A stretch of DNA of 64,000 nucleotides, from NCBI GenBank assembly GCA_900617105.1, contig UYFQ01000173.1, positions 1 through 64,000 on the forward strand, in the 5' to 3' direction. The notes under the pieces were generated by a model. That model worked only from the letters and a program-made list of their open reading frames with translations, was not told where the DNA came from and did no database searches. This stretch comes from Hydrurus foetidus. Taxonomy: Eukaryota. Positions 13,758 through 25,376 of this stretch are shown here, piece by piece. Positions within the stretch are counted from its first letter, which is position 1. Each line of letters begins with the position of its first letter. Both the position numbers and the translations under genes were made by a program.

Positions 13758-15554
13758 ATGGATTACAATCAACCAGCTTCATCGGAGGGAATGTGTCAGC
13801 GACTTCAGCACTGGCTGTACAAGGGTGATTCGCCGGAGAGTAATCAGTCCCCTGGAATCTCAACTCTCCTTCGAAAAGTTTTACCACTTGTAGCTTTTGC
13901 GGGAATTGTTAGCGTGTACGCTATTCAAACAGAAACTTTTAAGAGTACGGACCACAGCGAAAAGTTCTCAACAATCCAGGTTGCTGAGCAAAAAGAAACT
14001 ATAGCCCTGAAACATATCAACGCAATTACGTGGAATGTAGCAGCGGTCAACAACAACCCATTCGAATATTGGATTACGAACGATGACCCCAACTACAACC
14101 GAATTATGAGCAATGTTTCTAGTTTCATCGATAGTCCAGGCCATTTTGACTTACCAGTTAAGGAAATTTTTACGGAGCAGATGTTCACTGAGTTGGAAGA
14201 ATCCATGACTGCTGCTAATTGGACAGGCGTCGCTGAAACTAGGATACTCTGGGATACGGTTTACAAAGAAAGGAAAGTCATCACTGAATTTATCAAAAAC
14301 CTTGATTTGGGGAAGAAGAGATTGACCTCAATGCCCGATCGTGTGACGAATTCCATCACTACTTCTTCCGGTATAGTCATGCGGCCCGCAGTGGTGAACT
14401 GTTACAGCAATTCCGACCTGAGCACAATCGACATGTGGTGGCAGCAGTGGAGAGCATTCGTCTTCACAAGTGAGATAACAGTGAAGAAGCAGGGGAAAAG
14501 GACTGTCGTGAAGGTGCGAGACATGTTTTCCAAGATTCCTCGGTCCAAGTACCCGGCTCTCACTGCGGAGGAGGAAGCGATATCCGTGCCGCTGCAAACG
14601 CTGTGTCTCGCCATATTCGATGCTGTGCTAGTGAACATGATGAACACCATCGATAGCATCAATTGGCAGCCCTTGAGGGCTGACATCTGCAATAAACTCA
14701 ACAAGAAAAAGACGGACCGCATCACTCAGATTCTTCAAACCACATACGCCACAGCGGACATCCAGTTCTTGCAAGAAGTGGCGAGCTCTTTCGAAGAGGC
14801 AGTGTCGAAAAGACCGCTATCGAGTATTTTCGATATTCACTCCCCCGCCACCATGGACAGTAAAAGGGACCAGAACTCCTTTATTTTACTGAAAAAAGGG
14901 AGATTCACAGACGTCACAGACGTGACTTCCCGACTATTGAAGAAAGTTGATTCCGACCACCCCATCCCCCTCACAGATGGAGACCTGCTGGTGCTCACGG
15001 CTATCGACAGCGAGGACGGAGCGAGGTACATCTTTGCTAGTTTCCACGGAGACACCAACGGCTTAGCGACCATCCCCGTCACGAGTGCCATCCACGCGTA
15101 TGCAGTTTCAAAGCCAAACTACAAACTAATATTCGGCCTTGACGCCAATACTTACAACAAACCGAAAATCGATGAGCAAGGAATGGTTCAATTTGCAGAG
15201 TTCTTTTCATCAAAAAAAATGACCAGCTGCTATGGGTCCTCTCCCAACCCCCGTAACTTCACAACATTCAATGCACGTACGCACTTACAGCCCCAGCTGA
15301 ACAAAGCTGTGAGACTGGAAGAAAAAGATGTGAAGGGCGACAAGAATCCAAAAGACTTCATTCTCTTTTTCTCATCCGATTTCTCTGTTGTCGCCACAGA
15401 GAAAGACAACACTGGTAAACGCAATTACGTTGAAAACATGGTGTTCCCCACACTTTCCTTTCCCTCTGATCACGCTGTCACTTCGACTGTTCTTGCTGAA
15501 AAAGTTAGCAAAAAATCAAGATCGCAGAGTATTGCCCAACTTGATTCTCACTAG
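13758..15554 (+). CDS. Membrane-anchored endonuclease/exonuclease/phosphatase (EEP) fold protein
   Basis: 598-aa intronless ORF; N-terminal TM segment; ITWNV, FLQEV, SFHG, GLDAN, KDFI and PSDH motifs. Confidence 0.8.
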   Translation: MDYNQPASSEGMCQRLQHWLYKGDSPESNQSPGISTLLRKVLPLVAFAGIVSVYAIQTETFKSTDHSEKFSTIQVAEQKETIALKHINAITWNVAAVNNNPFEYWITNDDPNYNRIMSNVSSFIDSPGHFDLPVKEIFTEQMFTELEESMTAANWTGVAETRILWDTVYKERKVITEFIKNLDLGKKRLTSMPDRVTNSITTSSGIVMRPAVVNCYSNSDLSTIDMWWQQWRAFVFTSEITVKKQGKRTVVKVRDMFSKIPRSKYPALTAEEEAISVPLQTLCLAIFDAVLVNMMNTIDSINWQPLRADICNKLNKKKTDRITQILQTTYATADIQFLQEVASSFEEAVSKRPLSSIFDIHSPATMDSKRDQNSFILLKKGRFTDVTDVTSRLLKKVDSDHPIPLTDGDLLVLTAIDSEDGARYIFASFHGDTNGLATIPVTSAIHAYAVSKPNYKLIFGLDANTYNKPKIDEQGMVQFAEFFSSKKMTSCYGSSPNPRNFTTFNARTHLQPQLNKAVRLEEKDVKGDKNPKDFILFFSSDFSVVATEKDNTGKRNYVENMVFPTLSFPSDHAVTSTVLAEKVSKKSRSQSIAQLDSH

Positions 15555-16922
15555 TGCAATGTCAAATAAATTTGCAAGAGTGGAGCAAATGAGCTGTACT
15601 CCTGTAGTGGAATAAATCTGTACTTTGTCTTATCTGCAGTCAATGATGTAAATACAGTATACAGTATATCTGCCTGATACCATGACTGTAAAATTTGGAA
15701 TTGCTGGAGTGTCGATAAATTTCAAAAACATTTTGGAATTATCGACACCCACCGAGTTCTCATGAACAGTCTACCAAATGTCATAAAAGTCGTGAGTAGA
15801 AAAATAACGATTTTGGTGCATTTATTTTCTTTATTTGTGAGATGCAAGTTGATTCGTCACATTTTCTGCGCTTTACCTGAAATAGATGATGATCATTTTT
15901 TGAATAGATTTGCTGATTTTTCGATTTGTTCTTTGCATAGAAGTTGAAGACTTCTTTCAGTTTTTGATCAAATAAATTGAACTTTCTTTCTTGTAGGAAG
16001 TTTCGGAGATGTTGTGATGTGTCGTGTCGCTTCTGATTTTCGTTCAACTTCATGTCCGTCAATCAAGTATACTGGAATTCGTCTTCTCCGCTCTCCCCTA
16101 TTTTTTCCGAAGCACATTCTTCGTGTTCTATTTTGAAAGAAGGAAACTGGTTGGTATAAAAATCATCATGAAATGAGTTGTCACTCGCAGTTATTGCCCC
16201 TGTTGTCAGTCTGTCCGACTGAGCCCGCTACCCGCTGTCATAACTGACCAGCAGTATGTTATTGTTTAATAAAAAACCGCGTTATCCGTTATTTGTTGTG
16301 GTTATTTCTCATCTGCTACTGTAAAATCTTTTACCAGCCCATCAACCCAAATCATACTGTTCTCCCAAAAATCATAGGGGGGGGTCTCCAGATTTCTCGT
16401 CCAAATCCTAGAATCTAGAATCCTAAATATGGGTTTCTGGGTGTTTTAACCGACCGAAGGTCGGTGTATTTAGACCGTACATGTGTACGTAATTTGTAGT
16501 GGACTTCAGCAGGGCGGGGCTGTCGGAATAACTAATGAGCTAAGTAACCGTATAAGTTATTACGTATGTACATTTGATGACGTTTCGTACGTCGTGTGCT
16601 GTGTGGTGGTCGCTACTCCACCGGTCCAGGTTCCTTCAACCCAATAACATCAAAATGATGAAAGTGCACCATGTTTGACTGTGCGGGACAGCGCGATCTT
16701 TTCGCCTGTCTCCATGAACGATGTAAGCGATGTTGCATCGTTAATTACCTTAATACTCACACCAGCAGAGCTTTCACCTTGAGCCCGGGAAAGTTGCTAG
16801 CGCACGTGTTGAACCTGCAGAAGGAGCGCGTACCCAGGAAGGATATAGTTGTCCATTCAGTGGAAACTGATCCTTAGTTACGACATAATCAACGAGTTGC
16901 TTTCTTTGCAACCAGTTGCAAC

Positions 16923-18026
16923 ATGAAAGGCAAAGGCCGAGGCCGAGAACACAATACCGCAGGCGGTCGAGCAAACCCTGCTAATGGTGGCAAAGGGAAT
17001 GCTGGCCGCGGTGCGAAGCCTCCACCGAGAACAGGAACGGTAGCCGCGATTGGCGCATTCCTGGATCTTGGAAGAGCGATGAACCATGGTAGCGTAAGCA
17101 CATGGATGAGGAAGTTCCGCGAATATACGCGCGCGAACTACAAGTCCGATATCTCTGAGATATTCGGCAACGAGGGCAAACCGGGTGATTACCCGCAATA
17201 TGTCACTCCAGCGGCAGCCGATGCGAATTTTATGGTATCAACAAAATGGAAGCGAGCATTGGAGCTATACGACAGTAACGTCCTTACTCTGAGAGAGGAC
17301 CGGAAGCAAGTCTTCGGACTAATGCTCGGTCAAATTAGCGAAGCGTCGAAAGCGACAATTCGAGAAGCTGAAACCGGACTTGCAGCGATGACTGCAGAGG
17401 ATCCGCTGCTATTGTTGAGAGCCATCATATTGACTCACCTTTCGGATCCGAAGCTGGGAGCAGATCAGAACCTGCTGAGAGTCAGAATGGCGTATGAGAC
17501 AGTCAAAATGGAGCAGAACGATGTGTTAAAGTACTACTATCAACGCTTTAAAGCGTTGAAATCTGGGTACGAGGACACGATGCGGGCATTAGGAGTCATG
17601 CCCGAGTTCAACGAGGCCATGACCGCCCACAACGAAGTACTCACTGGGATGAAATTTATGAACGGATTGAATTCCGGATACCGGCATTACGTGGAGTACT
17701 ACGAGCACAGGCTCAAAGACTGGCCAGACACTCTCGAGGACGCGTACCTCGAGATGGCCAAGGTCACCCCGAAGAAGTCAGCAGCAGCAATACCACCCAA
17801 CCAGACCAATGTTTTCGCTACGAAAACGGCTGGCGGTGAGAGACCAGCTGGGACAGAGAAAGGGAAAGCTAATGGGAACGGGGGCTGAGGGAAGGGTGGC
17901 CGTACGTCGTACGGCACCCGTCCTGGCAACTGTAATAAATGCGGTGAACTTGGGGACTACTCATACGAGTGTACAGCGGAAAGCCAAGCGGGTGCACCAG
18001 CACCCAGTGGAAAATCGGTAAACTAA
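16923..18026 (+). pseudogene. gag: Copia gag with a premature TGA at 17886
   Basis: The frame continues past TGA (likely from CGA) into a degenerate knuckle CNKCGELGDYSYEC and stops at TAA 18024-18026. Confidence 0.85.
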
Positions 18027-21000
18027 GTAAGATACATTATTCTCCACCCGTACACTCACCCACACCTACACCTGTACATACACCCGCACTTACATTTACA
18101 CACACACCCATACACACACACACCGATCCTCCATGTTTGGCTGATTCCACTAGCGGAATTGAAACATGTGATCATATTGTTTTTAGTGCCAATACATGCA
18201 ATATATATAACATGATTAGAAGTAGACACATCCTGCTTGACACATGTGCTGGTGAGTCGGTTTTCAACGACTCATCCCTGCTGTATAATGTCGAACACGC
18301 ACCCACACCTATGATTGTTAGCGGGGTGAATCCGAAAGGAAAACCGCTAATAATCAAGAAACGTGGGGTGTCGGCGTTCGGCAAAGTGTATTATAGCCCT
18401 GACTGTGCTGGTAACATATTGTCTTTTGGTAATGCTGTACGTGACTGTACTGATGTTAAGTACTTACATGACTATGATTGTTACATAGTGCAAGACGTCA
18501 GTGGAAAATATTTTTATAGATTCTCACGAGATGAGACTATGAATATATACCAATGCAATCTTGACACTATGGTAACTGAATGCATGCCAATGTTAGTTAC
18601 GACAGTAGAACAGAATAAGAAGAAGTATACAGTGAGAGAAGTCAGAGACGCGTCGTTAGCTAGAGACTATCAGCGTAGACTAGGATACGCTAGCGCAGCA
18701 CAGACTATTAAGTTGATATCCCAAGGGAATTTGACTAATAGCAAAGTGACTGCGCGAGACGTACATATAGCCATTGATATATGGGGACCGGACGTGGGAT
18801 CCCTTAAGGGGAAGACCACCAGTCATCAGGCCAAGTTAGAAGAGAAGCTACCACTGATAGGTATTGAGTACAAGACAGAACAAATTATGTACGTAGATAT
18901 AATGTTTGTCAACCAAGTACCATATCTAGTATCAGTAGTGCAGCCCATCGAGTTCCTATACGTTAGCAAGTTAGCTAACCGAGAGCACAAGAGCATATGG
19001 AACAGCCTAAAGACTTCATTAGCAAGCATGGTAAAGTACAGATTCAGAGTTAAGATGATCCGAGTAGACGGCGAGGGTGCAATCAATACAGAATGGTTTC
19101 ACAACAAAGTCGGCTTAAGAGGTATAGTACTAGACGTTACCGGAGCCGGAGAAGCCGTAGCCGTAGTCGAGCGTAAGATACGACACATAAAGGAGAGAGT
19201 AAGATCAGTAGTCAATTCTCTACCGTTCTCATTAAATGAGAAATTAGAAGTGTGGTTAGTTAAGTATGCAGTCAGTAGAATTGTATTAGCACCCACACGT
19301 AACTCACTTAATCACATCAGTCCACGAGAGAAATTAACTGGAAGAAAGTTAGACGTAGATAAGGAGATTAAACATGGTTTTGGTGATTATGTCCAAGTGC
19401 ATAATGATGTCATTGATAACTCTACCAAACCAAGAACAGCCGGGGCCATAGCACTTATGAGCTCCGGTAATCTAGAAGGTTCATGGTACTACATGCTGTT
19501 AGCTAACGAACGTATTGTTAAACGTACTAAAGCGACTGTACTACCTATGCCTGATGAAGTGATATTACACTTGAATGTACTAGCTTCAAAGAGAAAAACT
19601 GCCAATGTTAAACAGCCTGTATTTGAGAATAGTAGTCACATTGTATTCGATGATGATGACGATGTTGAAGATGATAGTGCTTACATTGGTGATGTTGAAT
19701 ATGAAACTGTCGATGAAAATGCTAACGCAGATTACACCGATGAGATTATTGAAGATAACGATCACAATGATAACGAAACACATCTTGAATCACAACTCGA
19801 TATGTCTGATGAAAATCACCCACCCACATTAGATGAGTATGTAGATGACACACTATATGTGAGTGACACTACATACGACAATGACGAACTATATTATGAT
19901 GACACACATGATGACACACATGTACCCCAACCTAAATATGATCAAGCACTGATAGATGACATATTTGGCATAAGTGATGATGAAGATGACTTTGCTGATG
20001 TAACTGTACACACTGAAGTATTCACACCACCTGCCACCATAATTGAAACCGCATATGACCCACCTGTTGTAAACTCACCCGTGTTACGTAGAAGTGGTAG
20101 AAATCACCAACTTGGTAAATGGGATAAGAAATATGTTGGTAATCTGTTCTACAACCACACTCACCTGTACAAAATGACTGTTAATGAGGGAATTAATAAG
20201 TTAGGGGTGATAGCTGTTGATTCCATTACATCTGAATTGAAACAAATGTGTGATAAGAATGTTTGGGAAGGTGTAACTTATGAATCCCTCACCCCACAAC
20301 AAAAACGCACCATTATACCTAGTAGCATGTTCTTGAAAGAAAAGTATACTGCTGATGGTATGTTTGAAAAACTGAAATCTAGACTAGTAGCCGGTGGGCA
20401 CTTACAAGATAGAGATGTTTATAACAATGGCGCCTCACCTACTGCTAGCACATCTAGTGTATTCATGCTGACTGCAATTGCTGCTAGACAGAAGCGTGCT
20501 GTCGCCACTGTTGACTTCCCCGGTGCATTCCTGAATAGTGATATGCCGCTGACCGGCGACCATGTTGTATACATGCGTCTGAATAAACAACTGACTGCTG
20601 CACTAATTAAGATTGATGCAACATATAACAAATACATGAATAACAATGGAACATGTATTGTTAAACTTAAGAAAGCTTTATATGGATGCGTTGAATCTGC
20701 TAAACTATGGTATGACAAACTATCCAGTGATTTGATCAAATTCAATTATACTGCTAATGAATATGACATATGCGTATTCAACCGAACTGAATCGGATAAC
20801 ACACAAACTTCACTCGTAATTCATGTTGATGATATGATAATCACTGCTTCAAGTGAATCTCGCGTTGATGATGTTATAAAACAAATTGAAACTATATATC
20901 CCGGTCTAACGAAACATAGAGGAAAAGTTTAAAATTACATAGGCATGACTTTCGACTTCAGCAAGCAAGGCTGCGTTAAGATGACTATGGAGGGCTTCGT

Positions 21001-21895
21001 GCAAGACCTCATTGAGGGGTGTAAGGATATGCCGGGCACGGCAAACACCCCTGCACGAGCCAATCTATTCACTATACCTGACGATTCTGACTCACCCTTA
21101 CCTGATAATCTGCGTGGGCGTTTTCACTCTATTACAGCGAAGCTACTCTACTTGAGTAAGAGGACGAGGCCAGACATTCTGACTGCCGTAGCGTTCCTGA
21201 CAAAGAGAGTGCTGAGGCCCCAAAGGGACGACTACGACAAGCTGACCCGTACGATACAGTACATACGGGGTAGTCAGCATACGGGTATAACATTTGAAGT
21301 ATATGAACCTATTCATGTTATTGCATATATCGATGCATCCTTTGCCATACATCCCGATATGAAAAGTCACACAGGCAGCGTAATCACCCTTGGGAAGGGA
21401 GCGATCTACGCCAAGAGCGGTACTCAGCGCCTCATGACAAAGTCCAGCACGGAGGCCGAGCTAGTCGCACTCAGCGACGCCGCCAACCAAGTTCTGTGGA
21501 CCAGGAACTTCCTGGAGTGCCAGGGACACCCTCAACCTCCCGCCTTAGTGTATCAAGACAATCAGTCTACGATACAGCTCATACGTAACGGTCGCTCGAA
21601 CAGCGAACGTACGCGGCACGTTGATATACGGTATTTTTTCCTGCACGACAGAATCAGTACAGGCGATGTAGACATTGTGTACCTACCTACTACTGACATG
21701 ATTGCAGACATTCTAACCAAGCCACTGCAGGGTGAATTGTTCAAGAAGCTCAGGAAGGAGCTGCTCAACACTTCACCACCTACCCTCACGTACGCAGAAG
21801 GATGCAAGACTGAGGACCGTACGGACTCCGCGCCGACACCCGTACGCACCAAATTCAACCCACGATTTCCATACCCTACGTCCAAGAAGAACTAA
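18018..21895 (+). pseudogene. pol: Copia pol with an in-frame TAA at 20930
   Basis: LLDTCA protease; YQRRLGY..WGPDVGSLKGKTT (CoDi-type integrase N-terminus without canonical HHCC); KSRLVAGG, KKALYG, HVDD; SSTEAE, ADILTK. Confidence 0.93.
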
Positions 21896-21973
21896 TACCT
21901 ACCGACGAAGAATCCATCCGACATGCTACCCCCTCCATCTTACCCTTCTACAACGCCGCTGTCCGCTTCAGCT

Positions 21974-22136
21974 GAAGACTGAACACTCAAGACCCCAAGA
22001 CTCCGTCATTCCTACTGCCCCCACATCCGACTCTACTACCCCATCAGCGCGCGTCATGACGAAGACTGACCACTCAAGACACCAAGACTCCATCATTCCT
22101 GCTGCCCCCCTCCATCACTTTTCTTCTACCCCATCA
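21974..22136 (+). repeat. Two diverged ~87-bp tandem copies in the Copia 3' UTR
   Basis: GAAGACTGA(A/C)CACTCAAGAC..CAAGACTCC.TCATTCCT.CTGCCCC at 21974 and 22061. Confidence 0.85.
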
Positions 22137-25100
22137 AGTGCGACTCAAGAAAACCCTGACAGAGACATAAAGAGCGAGGACCGTGGACCCAGACCCAAGA
22201 CCCGATTCCGGAATCAGATAGTATAACAAGTCAGAAAATTATTTTAAGTGTAATCTTTTGCGTGTTACATAAAGTCTTTTTAGAATTGTTTAACTCTATG
22301 CTCATTCGGATCAGTCAGACCTTATGATACTAATATTACCCTGCATGCAATAAATTATCTAACGTCACAATTAAGGTCAACCCCACCATTACCCTACTTC
22401 CCTACAATATAAAATCATGTTATGATACACCATTTGTGAAGCTTCAAGTAAACGGAGCATTTTTGAATTCTATTGCGTTTTCATTCGCGTACACCAACCC
22501 GACGACTCACGCCATAGGGGTGTGTCGGAATAACTAATGAGCTAAGTAACCGTATAAGTTATTACGTATGTACATTTGATGACGTTTCGTACGTCGTGTG
22601 CTGTGTGGTGGTCGCTACTCCACCGGTCCAGGTTCCTTTAACCCAGGAACATCAAAATGATGAAAGTGCACCATGTTTGACTGTGCGGGACAGCGCGATC
22701 TTTTCGCCTGTCTCCATGAACGATGTAAGCGATGTTGCATCGTTAATTACCTTAATACTCACACCAGCAGAGCTTTCGCCTTGAGCCCGGGAAAGTTGCT
22801 AGCGCACGTGTTGAACCTGCAGAAGGAGCGCGTACCCAGGAAGGATATAGTTGTCCATTCAGTGGAAACTGATCCTTAGTTACGACATGGGCTCCTTCGA
22901 CGAGGTATGCATACTCGAAAATGTCATCACACATGTTCACATCGACGTTGGATATCCTAGGTAGCTTGAACTTCCGTCCCGATGTTGCCTCTATGAACTA
23001 GAAAAATGAAGATGCGATTTCCTGTAATCTTTGTTTCTGAAAATTCACTTTTTGTAGAATGCCTCTCAGGAAGCGTGGTATAACTGACGTGGCGGAGTCT
23101 AAAACAGGCAGAGATCATTGACGACTTGCTCACCAGGTTCGATTTTAGACTTCCATCGCTGCAACCTCCTCAATTCTTTATTTTATGGTTGAAAAATGAT
23201 CACTTACGACTCAATCACTCAAAAATCACTCTACAACTACTCAATAAAAATGGTAGCGTCCTTCAGGTGAAATGACCTTGGAACATTTTAAAGATGCGAT
23301 TATTACACAGATGCATAATTCTAATGCTGGCCGACTGTGATGCTCTTCCAGCCTCGAGAGCAGAGTTTGGACGCATCAGGTGAGAAAATTCTTGATAAAT
23401 CAGATATGAGTATTTCAGCTCCGATTTGACTTCTGAAAATTGATTTGATCTTAGAATCTACCTGACAATCCATGACAGAAATCGCGGAGAAAGGAGCTGT
23501 GCCTAAAAAGTCAGTTTCGGAGAGAAGAGAGCGGAGAGATTGGAGCGAAGACTTTAAAAAATACGTTACTATCTAATGAACCGAAGCGACATTATGATTC
23601 ATCATATCATGTTTTGTATTATCTTCTTCTCTATATCTGTAAAAGCTAAGAAAAGTTCGTTATACTATAACTGACACTTAAACTTTCACGAACCCCGCCA
23701 GGAGTATTCTGCTGGTTCAGTTGCGGTGATTTTCTTCTCTGCAGAACATGGTCTCGAATGCTCTGGACATAGATTCTACATTTGTTAACAAGAAGCTCAT
23801 TAGCCTCTGCAATCGCAAAACTAATGGAATAGGTTTTCATAACATTCATCATCTAAGTTATGCAGCAGTAATCTTACGCCTCAAAGCCTACGGCAGTTAC
23901 GGTCGGTTCGTTAGGCCGTTCCTTAACGTTATCCAAAAACGTCAAATTTGCGTCTTTTCTGGATAAGATTTTACCGGAAGGCATTCCATAAGCATCCAAA
24001 AAGACGTATCCAAAAAAAAAAGTTTCTTGGTTTTTTTTGGATGGTCGATTTTTCCCAAAAAAGAGGCCTGCTTTCTAGATGCTTTCCTCCTATCTAAAAT
24101 CATGTTGCGGGCAACCTGAGTCAGGACATTTCCCAACATTTCATCAGAAATCATCAACAAATGGTGAAGGCAAAGGCTGTAAAGCCTCCCAAAAAAGCTG
24201 CCGCTGTGAAGCCCAAAGCTGTTAAGCCGCCGCCTACGCTAATCTCTCATTCTTTGCTGGGTTCGCCATCGACGAGATAGAATACAGCAACAGTAAGAGA
24301 TGGGAAGCCCATCCTAAACCCCAGCGAACAGAAATCCTTCAAGTTATGGATATCTGAGATCAAGCAAATACAAGGGCTTTTCATATGTCAATGTGGTCTA
24401 CTGATTCAAAGTCAATCGTGCTGCACCCAAAGTGCCGAAGAGGCTTTATTCGTCCGAGAATTTCCAATCAACTATGAGAAATTCTGTCGTCATCCTATCC
24501 TGGACGCTCATGTCAAAAAGATTCCTTCCATCTACTTGACGGTTGCAACGAGCACAGCTTCTGAAATTCGCAACGGCGAGAAGTTGAGGAGGAAATATAG
24601 TTCGATGAAGACCTACATCAATAGCACTCTTACGACTATATATAAAAGGTAAATCCATCTTTGAAGTCCTATTCATTACTTATTACTAAACAAAGGTCAT
24701 ATCTACTAGGCTAATGAGGAACGGAATTCCTTCCGGGAAGTCAGAAGCAGACGTGCTTGGTATTTGATTTGGTATCTGCATCTTATTATTTTTCCAACAT
24801 GAAATGCTTATTTTTTTCAACCTGATTGATGTCATCATTATTACTCCAAATCGCAACGAGGCGAAGCCCTTGCAAGTTTTTTTTAATAATATAGTGAATC
24901 TTATTATCATTTGTAAGTGAATCTTCCTCATCATCACTATCGGAGTCCCATTGAGCCCACCACTTCCTTCTCTCAGCACTGCGTTTCAAGTACTCCGATG
25001 AAGGTGGAAACTTAAATTCCTCATCTTCCACAAATCGATCCATGTTTAAATTGTGATGAGGATGAGTAATTGAAAGATGATGTGGTCAATCATTTCGAAA

Positions 25101-25376
25101 ATTATGCTGACCTGGTCTGCATGTGTAAAGGTATTTGGATGAGGTGTGTTGCGCTTCGAAAATGAAAATCAAAGTGTTTTATCGTAAAGGAAACGTGATT
25201 TGCCGGACGTTGAGGGACTTGTGCAGAGCACAGTAGGCGGTTGAGTTAACGATGAAGCACGAAGTGTTCCCGTAGCCCGTAGTAAAGTTTGTCAACATTT
25301 CAGGCTGTGATTCACACTGGACCACGTCGCGAGACACTTCGACGTGATTCGGAAATGCCTAAACAGATTTCTTGAA

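Larger units (their letters stand above)
16521..22887 (+). mobile_element. Full-length Ty1/Copia (CoDi-like) element 1
   Basis: 365-bp TG..CA LTRs at 16521-16885 and 22523-22887 (about 4 differences); TSD GGGGC/TGGGC; PPT ATAGGGGTG; domain order PR-IN-RT-RH. Confidence 0.97.

Noticed and set aside
18018..18153. Intron joining Copia 1 gag to pol
   Set aside because: The available GT donors give the wrong phase with the CTAG acceptor.
21732..22226. Extra env-like ORF in Copia 1
   Set aside because: It overlaps pol, runs through tandem repeats and has no signal or TM segment.
22900..25050. Decayed coding fragments, including a Lys/Ala/Pro-rich MVKAKAVKPPKK stretch near 24160
   Set aside because: Many stops and no recognisable family, so no call can be supported.
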